Of a stretch of 64,000 nt of DNA, positions 1-12,746 are shown in pieces. Under the pieces are notes generated by a model. It saw only the letters and a list, made by a program, of their open reading frames with translations, was not told where the DNA came from and ran no database searches. The position numbers and the translations under genes were made by a program. Each line of letters opens with the position of its first letter. Within the stretch, counting starts at the first letter, position 1. The stretch covers positions 6,448,001-6,512,000 of the forward strand of contig OZ024749.1 in assembly GCA_964016885.1 (NCBI GenBank). Direction: 5' to 3'. The DNA is from Eledone cirrhosa (lineage: Eukaryota).

Positions 1-3000
1 TGGTATGTGTATCGTCACTGTGTAGCCAATGTGTGGTCAGTATATAGCCACTGTGTAGTCACTATGTGGTCAGTGTATGGTCACTGTGTAGCCACTGTGT
101 GGTCAGTGTATGGTCACTGTGTAGCCAGTGTGGTCAGTGTATCGTCACTGTGTAGCCACTGTGTGGTCAGTGTATGGTCACTGTGTAGCCACTGTGTGGT
201 CAGTGTATGGTCACTGTGTAGCCACTGTGTGGTCAGTGTATGGTCACTGTGTAGCCACTGTGTGGTCAGTGTATCGTCACTGTGTAGCCACTGTGTGGTC
301 AGTGTATGGTCACTGTGTAGCCACTGTGTGGTCAGTGTATGGTCACTGTGTAGCCACTGTGTGGTCAGTGTATCGTCACTGTGTAGCCACTGTGTGGTCA
401 GTGTATGGTCACTGTGTAGCCACTGTGTGGTCAGTGTATCGTCACTGTGTAGCCACTGTGTGGTCAGTGTATGGTCACTGTGTAGCCACTGTGTGGTCAG
501 TGTATGGTCACTGTGTAGCCACTGTGTGGTCAGTGTATCGTCACTGTGTAGCCACTGTGTGGTCAGTGTATGGTCACTGTGTAGCCACTGTGTGGTCAGT
601 GTATCGTCACTGTGTAGCCACTGTGTGGTCAGTGTATGGTCACTGTGTAGCCACTGTGTGGTCAGTGTATCGTCACTGTGTAGCCATTGTGTGGTCAGTG
701 TATCGTCACTGTGTAGCCACTGTGTGGTCAGTGTATGGTCACTGTGTAGCCACTGTGTGGTCAGTGTATCGTCACTGTAGCCACTGTGTGGTCAGTGTAT
801 CGTCACTGTGTAGCCACTGTGTGGTCAGTGTATCGTCACTGTGTAGCCACTGTGTGGTCAGTGTATGGTCACTGTGTAGCCACTGTGTGGTCAGTGTATC
901 GTCACTGTGTAGCCACTGTGTGGTCAGTGTATGGTCACTGTGTAGCCACTGTGTGGTCAGTGTATGGTCACTGTGTAGCCACTGTGTGGTCAGTGTATCG
1001 TCACTGTGTGGTCAGTGTATGGTCACTGTGTAGCCACTGTGTGGTCAGTGTATCGTCACTGTGTAGCCACTGTGTGGTCAGTGTATGGTCACTGTGTAGC
1101 CACTGTGTGGTCAGTGTATGGTCACGGTGTAGCCACTGTGTGGTCAGTGTATCGTCACTGTGTAGCCACTGTGTGGTCAGTGTATCGTCACTGTGTAGCC
1201 ACTGTGTGGTCAGTGTATCGTCACTGTGTAGCCACTGTGTGGTCAGTGTATCGTCACTGTAGCCACTGTGTGGTCAGTATATCGTCACTGTGTAGCCACT
1301 GTGTGGTCAGTGTATGGTCACTGTGTAGCCACTGTGTGGTCAGTGTATGGTCACTGTGTAGCCACTGTGTGGTCAGTGTATCGTCACTGTGTAGCCACTG
1401 TGTGGTCAGTGTATCGTCACTGTGTAGCCACTGTGTGGTCAGTGTATCGTCACTGTGTAGCCACTGTGTGGTCAGTGTATCGTCACTGTAGCCACTGTGT
1501 GGTCAGTATATCGTCACTGTGTAGCCACTGTGTGGTCAGTGTATGGTCACTGTGTAGCCAATGTGTGGTCAGTGTATGGTCACTGTGTAGCCACTGTGTG
1601 GTCAGTGTATGGTCACTGTGTAGCCACTGTGTGGTCAGTGTATCGTCACTGTAGCCACTGTGTGGTCAGTATATCGTCACTGTGTAGCCACTGTGTGGTC
1701 AGTGTATCGTCACTGTGTAGCCACTGTGTGGTCAGTGTATCGTCACTGTGTAGCCACTGTGTGGTCAGTGTATCGTCACTGTGTAGCCACTGTGTGGTCA
1801 GTGTATGGTCACTGTGTAGTCACTATGTGGTCAGTGTATGGTCACTGTGTAGCCACTGTGTGGTCAGTGTATGGTCACTGTGTAGCCACTGTGTGGTCAG
1901 TGTATCGTCACTGTGTAGCCACTGTGTGGTCAGTGTATGGTCACTGTGTAGCCACTGTGTGGTCAGTGTATGGTCACTGTGTAGCCACTGTGTGGTCAGT
2001 GTGTCGTCACTGTGTAGCCACTGTGTGGTCAGTGTATGGTCACTGTGTAGCCACTGTGTGGTCAGTGTATCGTCACTGTGTAGCCACTGTGTGGTCAGTG
2101 TATGGTCACTGTGTAGCCACTGTGTGGTCAGTGTATCGTCACTGTGTAGCCACTGTGTGGTCAGTGTATGGTCACTGTGTAGCCACTGTGTGGTCAGTGT
2201 ATCGTCACTGTATAGCCACTGTGTGGTCAGTGTATGGTCACTGTGTAGCCACTGTGTGGTCAGTGTATCGTCACTGTGTAGCCACTGTGTGGTCAGTGTA
2301 TGGTCACTGTGTAGCCACTGTGTGGTCAGTGTATGGTCACTGTGTAGCCACTGTGTGGTGAGTGTATCGTCACTGTGTAGCCACTGTGTGGTCAGTGTAT
2401 GGTCACTGTGTAGCCACTGTGTGGTGAGTGTATCGTCACTGTGTAGCCACTGTGTGGTCAGTGTATGGTCACTGTGTAGCCATTGTGTGGTCAGTGTATG
2501 GTCACTGTGTAGCCACTGTGTGGTCAGTGTATCGTCACTGTGTAGCCACTGTGTGGTCAGTGTATGGTCACTGTGTAGCCACTGTGTGGTCAGTGTATCG
2601 TCACTGTGTAGCCACTGTGTGGTCAGTGTATGGTCACTGTGTAGCCACTGTGTGGTCAGTGTATCGTCACTGTATAGCCACTGTGTGGTCAGTGTATGGT
2701 CACTGTGTAGCCACTGTGTGGTCAGTGTATCGTCACTGTGTAGCCACTGTGTGGTCAGTGTATGGTCACTGTGTAGCCACTGTGTGGTCAGTGTATGGTC
2801 ACTGTGTAGCCACTGTGTGGTGAGTGTATCGTCACTGTGTAGCCACTGTGTGGTCAGTGTAAGGTCACTGTGTAGCCACTGTGTGGTGAGTGTATCGTCA
2901 CTGTGTAGCCACTGTGTGGTCAGTGTATGGTCACTGTGTAGCCATTGTGTGGTCAGTGTATGGTCACTGTGTAGCCACTGTGTGGTCAGTGTATCGTCAG

Positions 3001-4020
3001 TGTGTAGCCACTGTGTGGTCAGTGTATGGTCACTGTGTAGCCACTGTGTGGTCAGTGTATCGTCACTGTGTAGCCACTGTGTGGTCAGTGTATGGTCACT
3101 GTGTAGCCACTGTGTGGTCAGTGTATGGTCACTGTGTAGCCACTGTGTGGTCAGTGTATCGTCACTGTGTAGCCACTGTATGGTCAGTGTATGGTCACTG
3201 TGTAGCCATTGTCTGGTCAGTGTATCGTCACTGTGTAGCCACTGTGTGGTCAGTGTATGGTCACTGTGTAGCCACTGTGTGGTCAGTGTATCGTCACTGT
3301 GTAGCCACTGTGTGGTCAGTGTATCGTCACTGTAGCCATTGTGTGGTCAGTGTATCGTCACTGTGTAGCCACTGTGTGGTCAGTGTATGGTCACTGTGTA
3401 GCCACTGTGTGGTCAGTGTATCGTCACTGTGTAGCCACCGTGTGGTCAGTGTATCGTCACTGTGTAGCCACTGTGTGGTCAGTGTATGGTCACTGTGTAG
3501 CCACTGTGTGGTCAGTGTATCGTCACTGTGTAGCCACTGTGTGGTCAGTGTATGGTCACTGTGTAGCCAGTGTGTGGTCAGTGTATGGTCACTGTGTAGC
3601 CAGTGTGGTCAGTGTATGGTCACTGTGTAGCCACTGTGTGGTCAGTGTATGGTCACTGTGTAGCCACTGTGTGGTCAGTGTATGGTCACTGTGTAGCCAC
3701 TGTGTGGTCAGTGTATGGTCACTGTATAGCCACTGTGTGGTCAGTGTATCGTCACTGTGTAGCCACTGTGTGGTCAGTGTATCGTCAGTGTATGGTCACT
3801 GTATAGCCACTGTGTGGTCAGTGTATGGTCACTGTATAGCCACTGTGTGGTCAGTGTATGGTCACTGTGTAGCCACTGTGTGGTCAGTGTATCGTCAGTG
3901 TAGCCACTGTGTGGTCAGTGTATCGTCACTGTAGCCACTGTGTGGTCACTGTATAGCCACTGTGTGGTCAGTGTATGGTCACTGTATAGCCACTGTGTGG
4001 TCAGTGTATGTTCACTGTAT
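1..4020. repeat. 33-bp minisatellite (CCACTGTGTGG TCAGTGTAT[G/C]G TCACTGTGTAG), about 120 copies, built of three related 11-mers
   Basis: Direct periodicity. The ORFs here are translations of the repeat. The array decays into GGT/AGT-rich sequence at ~4020-4220. Confidence 0.97.
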
Positions 4021-4724
4021 TCATTGTAGATGTGGTGGTCATCACTACCATCAGTATGGTCAGTGTTGTAGCCACAGTGATGGCAATGGTCACTGTAATT
4101 ACTGTAGTAATTGTGGTCACAATAGTGGCCATAGTGGTGGTAGTCACTACTGTGGTCAGTGTAGTGGTCACTGTGATGCCAGTGACAACCACCACTGTAA
4201 TGACCACACTGGTCAGTCTGATGCCATATCCAGTTCTCTGACAAATAAGTCAAGGTACTTATTTCAATTAAAATCGTTCAGCATAATTTGAAATAAGAAA
4301 TTGTTATGAAGTTATATTACCATAAACATTTAGTAGTCTTAGTAAATCCCACCAAATCAGACTTTCACCATATATGGGCAGTGTGGAGAGGGTACCGGAT
4401 GGCATTGCACTCCCCTACTTTTTAATGATGCACCCCCTCTCATTTAGAAAACAGAGTTTATAAAAGAAAAAAATATTTTAATAAATATGTTCATTAAATT
4501 TTAGTGTCAACCCAAAATCGTCTGACGCTTTCCATCCGCAGCCTTGGCACCAAAGCCTGGCTATTGAGCGGGTTGGCCTCATTAATTGTTTCAAATACAG
4601 TGTATTTGGTTAAACATGTACATTAGCAGTTAAAAAAAAGAAATCCTTGAGTTTAAGCCATGTAGAAATGCATAGCCTTGTCTGGGTATTGAACTCACAA
4701 CTTCACAGTCATATCATTAGAAAT

Positions 4725-4907
4725 ATTTGTTTCTACTTTAGGCACAAGGCCAGCAATAACCCAGTTCATTACTGGTACTTTATTTTATCGACCCCGTAAG
4801 GATGAAAAGCAAAGTCAACCTCGGCGGGATTTGAACTCAGATTGTAAAGGGACGTAACTTTGCTGGAAAGCATGGCGTCCGACCTTCTACCGATACTGCC
4901 AATCCAC
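4725..4907 (-). mobile_element. tRNA-derived SINE, family 1
   Basis: Reverse complement has A box TGGCAGTATCGG, B box GAGTTCAAATCC, core AACTTTGC..TTTCATCCTTACGGGGTCGATAAAATAAAGTACCAG and tail GCTGGCCTTGTGCC..AGTAGAAAC. More than 20 copies in the window. Confidence 0.9.
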
Positions 4908-5776
4908 GTAACAAAAATGGGGTTTAACTACCTTACTGTATTTTATTCCCTAATATATCCCTTATCCTTGTGTCTAAGTCATGTAGGAATGTGACTCCAA
5001 ATAACAGAGATGAAGCTACTCCATTACGTAACGATATATTTTATTATTGGAGAATTTATTAACATATCAAAGAGAAATACAGAAAATGAAAAGAAAGCAA
5101 AGAGTTGATAATTTCGGTAAAGTTGTAATCTTGAAGAATAAAGGAAAGCCCTTTTGTTCGTTTCGACAATAATCATTGTGGACCATAATAAAAATATATT
5201 AAACTGTCATATACTAGCTTTAGAGGTTGAAATACATCTCTAACATGACACAGCAGCTAATCTTCTATTAACAAACCCAATGTCTTTGAAATGGGAGCCA
5301 TACCTTTTAAGCCCAACATTTAGAACTAAATGCACCCATCAAAATAAACAAAAAAATAATAATAATAAAATGTGCTAGGCTTTAGAAGTGTCCATCAAAT
5401 GCTTAATTTACTTAGATATCTCTCATAAAGGCTTAAAACATACACAGCATGGCTAAATTTATGTGTCTTATATTGGGAGTATCAGTAGAGCATTGGACAG
5501 GATGTGTGGCATTTAGTTACATCCCTTGGCATTTTGAGTTCAATTCCTACCGAGTTTAGCTTTACCTTTCATCCTTATGGAGTCAGTAAAATAAAGTACC
5601 AGTAATGCATTGCGGTTGATTTAATTGACTTCCCCTCACCCCAAAATTATTGGTCTTGAGTCTAAATCAGAAACCATTATACCTAAACATGCATGGACTC
5701 ATATAGTGGTGAGAGGCCTAGTGGATAGGGTGTAGGGCTTACCAAGATAATGCCTTAGATTTGATAAGGTGTAGCA

Positions 5777-7030
5777 CAGGGGCGTGCAACAGGCGGCCCG
5801 CAGGTCACAATCCGGCCTGCCAGACCAATCAGAGTGGCCCCGCGATGACCATTTTTAATTTTTACCTTGTAGACTTATTTACAATTTTTTCATAACCGTA
5901 ATACAATTTTCTGTTAGTTCCCCTATACTAAAGGGCTTCACTGATAGGGTTATGTGTATTATAATTTCCCAGTTCCCCTATACTAAAGGGCTTCACTGAT
6001 AGGGTTATGTGTATTATAATTTCCCAGTTCCCCTATACTAAAGGGCTTCACTGATGGGGTTATGTGGGTTATAATTTCCCAGTTCCCCTATACTAAAGGG
6101 CTTCACTGATAGGGTTATGTGTATTATAATTTCCCAGTTCCCCTATACTAAAGGGCTTCACTGATAGGGTTATGTGTATTATAATTTCCCAGTTCTCCTA
6201 TACTAAAGGGCTTCACTGATGGGGTTATGTGTATTATAATTTCCCAGTTCCCCTATACTAAAGGGCTTCACTGATAGGGTTATGTGTATTATAATTTCCC
6301 AGTTCTCCTATACTAAAGGGCTTCACTGATAGGGTTATGTGTATTATAATTTCCCAGTTCTCCTATACTAAAGGGCTTCACTGATAGGGTTATGTGTATT
6401 ATAATTTCCCAGTTCCCCTATACTAAAGGGCTTCACTGATAGGGTTATGTGTATTATAATTTCCCAGTTCTCCTATACTAAAGGGCTTCACTGATAGGGT
6501 TATGTGTATTATAATTTCCCAGTTCTCCTATACTAAAGGGCTTCACTGATAGGGTTATGTGTATTATAATTTCCCAGTTCCCCTATACTAAAGGGCTTCA
6601 CTGATAGGGTTATGTGTATTATAATTTCCCAGTTCCCCTATACTAAAGGGCTTCACTGATAGGGTTATGTGTATTATAATTTCCCAGTTCTCCTATACTA
6701 AAGGGCTTCACTGATAGGGTTATGTGGGTTATAATTTCCCAGTTCCCCTATACTAAAGGGCTTCACTGATGGGGTTATGTGTATTATAATTTCCCAGTTC
6801 CCCTATACTAAAGGGCTTCACTGATAGGGTTATGTGTATTATAATTTCCCAGTTCCCCTATACTAAAGGGCTTCACTGATAGGGTTATGTGGGTTATAAT
6901 TTCTCACTTTCATGTTATGGAAAGAAGTTCTGGTGAATCTTTGGAATAGTGCTTAATAAATATTAATGGCCCTAATAGTTGTTCCAATGTTCAAAATTGG
7001 CCCACCAATGGAATATGTTGCACACCCCTG
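5777..7030. mobile_element. hAT (Charlie-like) non-autonomous element/MITE containing a 55-bp tandem array
   Basis: TIRs CAGGGGCGTGCAAC / GTTGCACACCCCTG; imperfect 8-bp flanks GTGTAGCA / GTGTAAAG. Confidence 0.75.
5916..6903. repeat. 55-bp tandem repeat, about 18 near-identical copies
   Basis: Unit AGTTCCCCTATACTAAAGGGCTTCACTGATAGGGTTATGTGTATTATAATTTCCC recurs at 5971, 6026, 6081 and onward. Confidence 0.97.
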
Positions 7031-7288
7031 GTGTAAAGCTTACCATTATAATGCCTTAGATTTGATTAATGGCCTGAATGGTGTGCCATGTTCTTGAACC
7101 AAACATTTCATTTCACATTGATCTAATCAACTCTGCAGAAAATGAGTAACAATACCAACAGATAGGGGGAGGGGATTAACTTTGCAATGGAATGGTGTCT
7201 TCTCCAGGGGAACAGTTGTGTAATCTTAGTTGTTTTACACCAATAAACTGACCTTATGAGCCTCCACGCTTGGAACAAGGTTTAACCT

Positions 7289-7504
7289 TTAACCGTTTAG
7301 CATTTAAACCAGCCGTATCCAGCCAGAATTCTTTCACCTCTTTCTGTTAAAACCGGCAGTAACCGGCCACTCATACTGATGTTAAGGTAATGTTCTTAAA
7401 GTAAATAATATCAAAATCTCGTAGATTTGATATCATGTGAGATAAAGTCTTTACTGTGAAAATACAATAGTATATATAGAGTAATGTAAATTGTAAAGGG
7501 TTAA
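7289..7504 (+). mobile_element. piggyBac-type MITE (~210 bp)
   Basis: TTAA-CC(G/C)TTTA ... TAAAGGG-TTAA ends. Homologous copies start at 11226, 15902, 21671 and 61331. Confidence 0.8.
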
Positions 7505-8279
7505 TATGGGTTCATATAAGCAATGGTGGATTGGCAAACTTGGTAAAACATCAGATAAAATACTATTTGTGGTATTTGTTCTGGTTCCTTATATCATGAG
7601 TGCAATGCTCTACCGATTTTCCAAGTCCACTGCCAACTACAACAACAACAAATGTAATAATTCCTTCTACCATTGGCAGAAGACCAACAATTTGGAGGAA
7701 GGGGAAAGTCAAGTATATCAAACTAGCTAGTACTTACAATAAATGACGGGAGGAGGGGTGATAAACATGTTTGCCATGTTAGTAGATAAACTTAAGAAAA
7801 TTAACGACCAGAAGACAAGTCAACGAACAGAAAGAAAACAAAATGAAAAACAATGTTTTAAGGGGAAACCGTAAAAGATTATTTTTTTTTAAATAAAAGG
7901 CAAACGAAGGACACAGAACTCCATGATCATCAGCCTCTGGGGTGGACTTTGGCAGATTTTACCCCTACCAATGGTACTACTGATCCACCCATGGTCACAG
8001 CATCTGATGTAAGCCAAATGCTGTCCAGTGGGGTAAGAGACAAGAGACAAAACATTGATTTATAGCAATTAAACTACAAAATACATAGAATTGTATGTGA
8101 CGTCAGGGAGAATGTGTGGTACCTCATAGCACGAGAGACATGAATGAAACAAAGAATAAAAGGAAGAAAAAAGTAAGAAGAAGAATGTAAGATACCATAC
8201 TAAGAAATGTGAGACATTGCAATAGATGGGGAGGTGCGATGTGGGGGGGGGGGGGGGCGAAGAAGGGATAAACCCGTTC

Positions 8280-8655
8280 ATCACATTAGTAGTTTACTGG
8301 TACTTTATTTCAATGGCCCCAGAAAGATGAAAGGTAAATCTAACCTCAGTGAGATTTGAACTCAGAATATAATGGGCCGCAACTCTATGCTACAAAGCGT
8401 CATTTCTGATGCTCTACCGATAGTGCCAACCCTCCACCCGTAATAATAATAATAATAATAATAATTGTTTCTACTTTTTGGCACAAGGCCAGCAATTACC
8501 CCAGTGCATTACTGGTACTTTATTTTATCGACCCCATACGGGTGAAAGGCAAAGTTAACCTCGGCGGGATTTGAACTCAGAATGACAAGGGCCATAACTC
8601 TATGCATCCAAGCATGGCGTCTGACCCTTTACTGATACTGACAATCCACCCCCTT
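8280..8655 (-). mobile_element. Two tandem SINE family 1 copies separated by (TAA)n
   Basis: Both match the SINE1 core and A/B boxes on the minus strand. Confidence 0.85.
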
Positions 8656-8656
8656 T

Positions 8657-8691
<35 letters not shown>

Positions 8692-8779
8692 GTAATTATA
8701 ATAGTAATGACGCTGATGATGATATTAATGTTTTATTGGTCTCAAGGGAGGGGGGGTGCGACATTGGAGATAATACAAA

Positions 8780-9771
8780 GACAACAACAACAACATAACA
8801 CAAACACAACAAAAACAGATACAACAATAAGGACAGTGATAATAACTACAATAACAACAACATCAACAGCAGCTACAATAACAACAACAAGAACCGCAGC
8901 AGCTTCATTAACAACAACAACAGCTACATTAACAACAACAGCAGCTACCCCCCCCCCACACCACCACCAACAACAACACCCCCACCCCCACCCCACCCCC
9001 ACTACAACAACAACAACAACACCAGCAGCTACACCCCCCCCCCGCACACCGCCACCAACAACAACACCACCACCACCACCACCACCCCCACTACAACAAC
9101 AACAACAACACCAGCAGCAGTAGTAGTAGTAATAGTAGTACTACAGCAATGGTTATTCCCTCAACACAAAACAAAATTTTAAATCTAAAATCTCAGACTA
9201 TAGAATATTTTTTTTTGGTTATATTTATTTATATTTTCTATTTCTCTTTAGTTTTTTTTGTTTTCATTAAATTATATTTCATTTATTCTATATTTTTTCC
9301 ATCTATTTATTTTATTTTATTTTATTTATTTATTTATTTATTTATATTATTTATTTATTTAATTAATTTATTTATTTTATTTATTTATTTTTATTTATTT
9401 TTTTATTTATATTATTATTTTTTTTTTAATTTTATTTATTTATCTTATTTTATTTATTTATTTTATTTATATTATTTATTTAGCTATTTTTGTCTTCCAA
9501 TAAATTCTGGGCACCATAATTGAGATTCAATTTCAATTAAAAATGCAAGAAATGGATAAATAAATACTATAAATAATTTTTAAAAAACTTAGGTTGTTAT
9601 TTTAAAATATATTTTATATTAATACATATATTAATATATATTAATATATATTATGCATATATATATATATATATTATACATATATATATATATTAAATAC
9701 ATATATTATATATTATATACATATACATATATATTATATACACATATATATATACACACACCTATATATAT

Positions 9772-9858
<87 letters not shown>

Positions 9859-9880
9859 CTATATGTATGTATATATATTT
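8780..9880. repeat. Low-complexity block: (ACA/ACC)n, (TTTA)n, (TA)n
   Basis: Direct inspection. Confidence 0.9.
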
Positions 9881-10202
9881 CCTTGTTTTTTGGTTGTTTT
9901 CTCTCCCAGCCACTATAATTATCAGGTTGTGAAAACAACTTTTAAATCTAGCCTTAATCATGTACAATTTTCTGCTTCACTTCAAACACATAATGATTCT
10001 TATTAAACAGAGAATGGGTTAAACTTGTTCACGAGGTCAGTTATTTTGAACATGTGCTCTTTGCTTTACAAAACAAGCATCACTAGGGAAGGTAACGCCA
10101 CCCGCACTTCTCCGCAAAAAACATGTGATCCAACCTTTTGTTTTTTTAAGAGGTTGCATGGAATTTATAACTCTTGTAGGAAGAATATAATTGAAAGGGA
10201 GC

Positions 10203-10570
10203 ACATATGTGTTGTGAATGAAGGGAGATAGTGGAGCAGGCAGTTTCTGAATAGGACATGGAACACATGTGGTGAATGAAGGGAGATAGTGGAGCAGGCA
10301 GTTTCTGAATAGGACATGGAACACATGTGGTGAATGAAGGGAGATAGTGGAGCAGGCAGTTTCTGAATAGGACATGGAACACATGTGGTGAATGAAGGGA
10401 GATAGTGGAGCAGGCAGTTTCTGAATAGGACATGGAACACATGTGGTGAATGAAGGGAGAGAGTGGAGCAGGTAGTTTCTGGATAGGACATGGAACACAT
10501 GTGGTGAATGAAGGGAGAGAGTGGAGCAGGTAGTTTCTGGATAGGACATGGAACACATGTGGTGAATGAT
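10203..10570. repeat. 58-bp tandem repeat, about 6 copies, with diverged relics to ~11040
   Basis: Unit GTGGTGAATGAAGGGAGATAGTGGAGCAGGCAGTTTCTGAATAGGACATGGAACACAT. Confidence 0.93.
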
Positions 10571-11225
10571 TTTTTTAAAATTTAAACAGAATACAGGTGT
10601 AATTTGTGAATTTAAGAGGAATACCTATGTGGTGAATAGTGGATGACAAGAGACAGTGATGCAGGTAGTTTCTGAATAAGAGAACACATATCATCATCAT
10701 CACCGTTTAACGTCCATTTTTCCATGCTGGCATGGGTTAGACGAGTTATCCTGTTGTGAGCTATGCCAGATTAGGTGGCCATGTCTTGCTCATTGAGCTC
10801 AATTGAGCATAACATGGCTACCTGACCTGACATTGCTCACAACAGGATAACTCGTCTAACCCATGCCATATGTGGTGGAAAAAGAAAAATGGTAGTACAT
10901 TTAATTGGTATATAGGAGATGGAACACACATGTGGGTGGTGAAAGAGGGGAGACTCTGGTGCTGGTAGTTTCTGGATAAGACATGGAGCACACATGTGGT
11001 GAAAGAGATGAGATGGTGGTACTGGTAGTTTCTGGATGCAAAGCACTTGGCCAAAAGGAGATTATAAAGACTGGAGACACAAAAATGTCGCTACTATCTT
11101 ATATTGACAAATTTGGGGGAAATTTGAATTTGAGAATGTGGAAAACTGGTATGACCATAAACTAGGACATTCCCTTAAGAACAAATATGTGGACAAGTAG
11201 TTTTACCATAAACCAGGACATTCCC

Positions 11226-11426
11226 TTAACCCTTTAGCATTTGAGCTGGCCATATCCAGCCAGAATTCTCTCACCTCTTTCTGTTCAAACTGGCTATAAC
11301 CGACTGCTCATACTTATGTTAAGGTATTGTTTTCAAAATAAATAATATCAAAATCTCATAGCTTCGATATTATGTGATATAATTATGTAAGATAAAGCCT
11401 TTACCAGGAAAATATAATAGTATATA
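11226..11426 (+). mobile_element. piggyBac-type MITE, right end cut off at a Helitron terminus
   Basis: Starts TTAACCCTTTAG and aligns with 7289-7504 up to ...ATAGTATATA. Confidence 0.75.
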
Positions 11427-11800
11427 CTAGCAGAATGGCCCGGCGTTGCTCGGGATTCTAAACATAGATTGGCATGAAACAGTACAGAGAAGTACGGAAT
11501 ACCTCGGCCTTGCGACCGTCGAATAGCACACTCCATTGATGATTCGTTTGCCTGCCTTGTTCTTTTTCTTGCCGCTTTCGCAGTATTTCGGTCGATGGAG
11601 TATCTTTTCCTTCGAGGCATGACCTAAAAGCAGGATGAAGTACACTAAGACTAACTGGTAGAGTAAGGAGTCAACTCGTCAGTGATGCATGTGATTTCCA
11701 AACAGTTGACTATGTAATTGCTAAGCCATGACTGCCGCCTTAACCGGGGCGCGACATTATAGCTATGTATCTATCTGCATTACGACATTATGAAAACATT
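11427..11800 (-). mobile_element. Non-autonomous Helitron (3' end clear, 5' end uncertain)
   Basis: Minus strand ends CCCGAGCAACGCCGGG (GC hairpin) + CCATTCTG + CTAG|T. The short ORF MPRRKRYSIDRNTAKAARKR... resembles basic N-termini of Helitron proteins. Confidence 0.7.
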
Positions 11801-12058
11801 GACTTCACTGTGTGTGTGTGTATAATATATGTATATATAGTGTGTGTATAATTATATGTATATATAGTGTGTGTATAATTATATATATATATAGTGTGTA
11901 TATATATATATATATAGTGTTAGTCAAAGCAAACTCAATACAGAAGAAAGAGTGTGTTGGTTAATCAATGTTGTTTAACCTTTTGATACAAGCGTGGTAA
12001 ACACAGTGTGATTTAGAATAGGGGTGCATATTGAAACATATCTAGTATGTTTGTGTAT

Positions 12059-12115
12059 AAAACACAACTTCTGATGAGGAACCAACTAGGTCTGAAAATC
12101 AATTAAAGGTGTTTT
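12059..12115 (+). ncRNA. Minimal type-I hammerhead ribozyme motif
   Basis: Stem I AAACAC(AA)CTT / AAG-GTGTTT; CTGATGA at 12071; stem II GGA(A)CC..GGTCT; GAAA at 12094; short stem III AAT/ATT; UUA cleavage triplet. Confidence 0.65.
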
Positions 12116-12685
12116 TTCCATTTTTTTCAACTTACAAAGAAATTCGTATTTTCATCCATATTTACATGCTTTCATATTAGAAATGTGTGTATTCATATAC
12201 ACATAGATGCAATCTCAGTTACCCACTTTGTATGTATATAGATATAACTTTATCGTACATTTTGGCTGTTAGTAAACTTCTTCATATATATCTTAAGTAT
12301 TCAATACTAGTGCCAATTATCTATAGATTAGTAAGAATAGATATATAAGCCCATCATGTATGTGTTTCCTTGTGGTTGTTTGGTTGATATACATGCCTTT
12401 TGTTGAGGGCACAAAGGTCCAAAAATTGATTAAAGGTGCTTATCATTTTTTGGTTTTGAAATAACAGGAAATTCGTATTTTCTGGCCTGTTTACATGACT
12501 GTATATTAAAAAATGTGTATATCTATATACACATTGGTGCAGTCTTGATTACCCACTCTGGAAAGTACACATATATAACTTTATTATACACTTTGGCTGC
12601 TGGAGCACTATCGCTCTGTATAATCAGCTCCTGATTATTACTGGAATTCTATAAGAATCCAGCTTCTATAATGTTTGGCGAAAGC

Positions 12686-12746
12686 GGGGGAGTACTTGGT
12701 TCTGATGAACGCCAACCTGTGTGAAACAGACTGTCAGCTTCTCTCC
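12686..12746 (+). ncRNA. Minimal type-I hammerhead ribozyme motif
   Basis: CTGATGA 12702-12708; stem II ACGC/GTGT; GAAA at 12723; stem III ACAG-A-CTGT; GUC triplet ending at 12735; weak stem I GGTT/AGCT plus GGGGAG/CTCTCC. Confidence 0.65.

Noticed and set aside
1-4291. Long Cys/His/Val-rich ORFs of up to 612 aa
   Set aside because: They are translations of a 33-bp repeat that lacks stops in two frames, broken by random 2-bp deletions, with no splice or domain evidence.
5916-6903. CRISPR-like regularity in this and the other 31-73 bp arrays
   Set aside because: Units abut directly with no unique spacers, there are no cas genes, and the context is eukaryotic.
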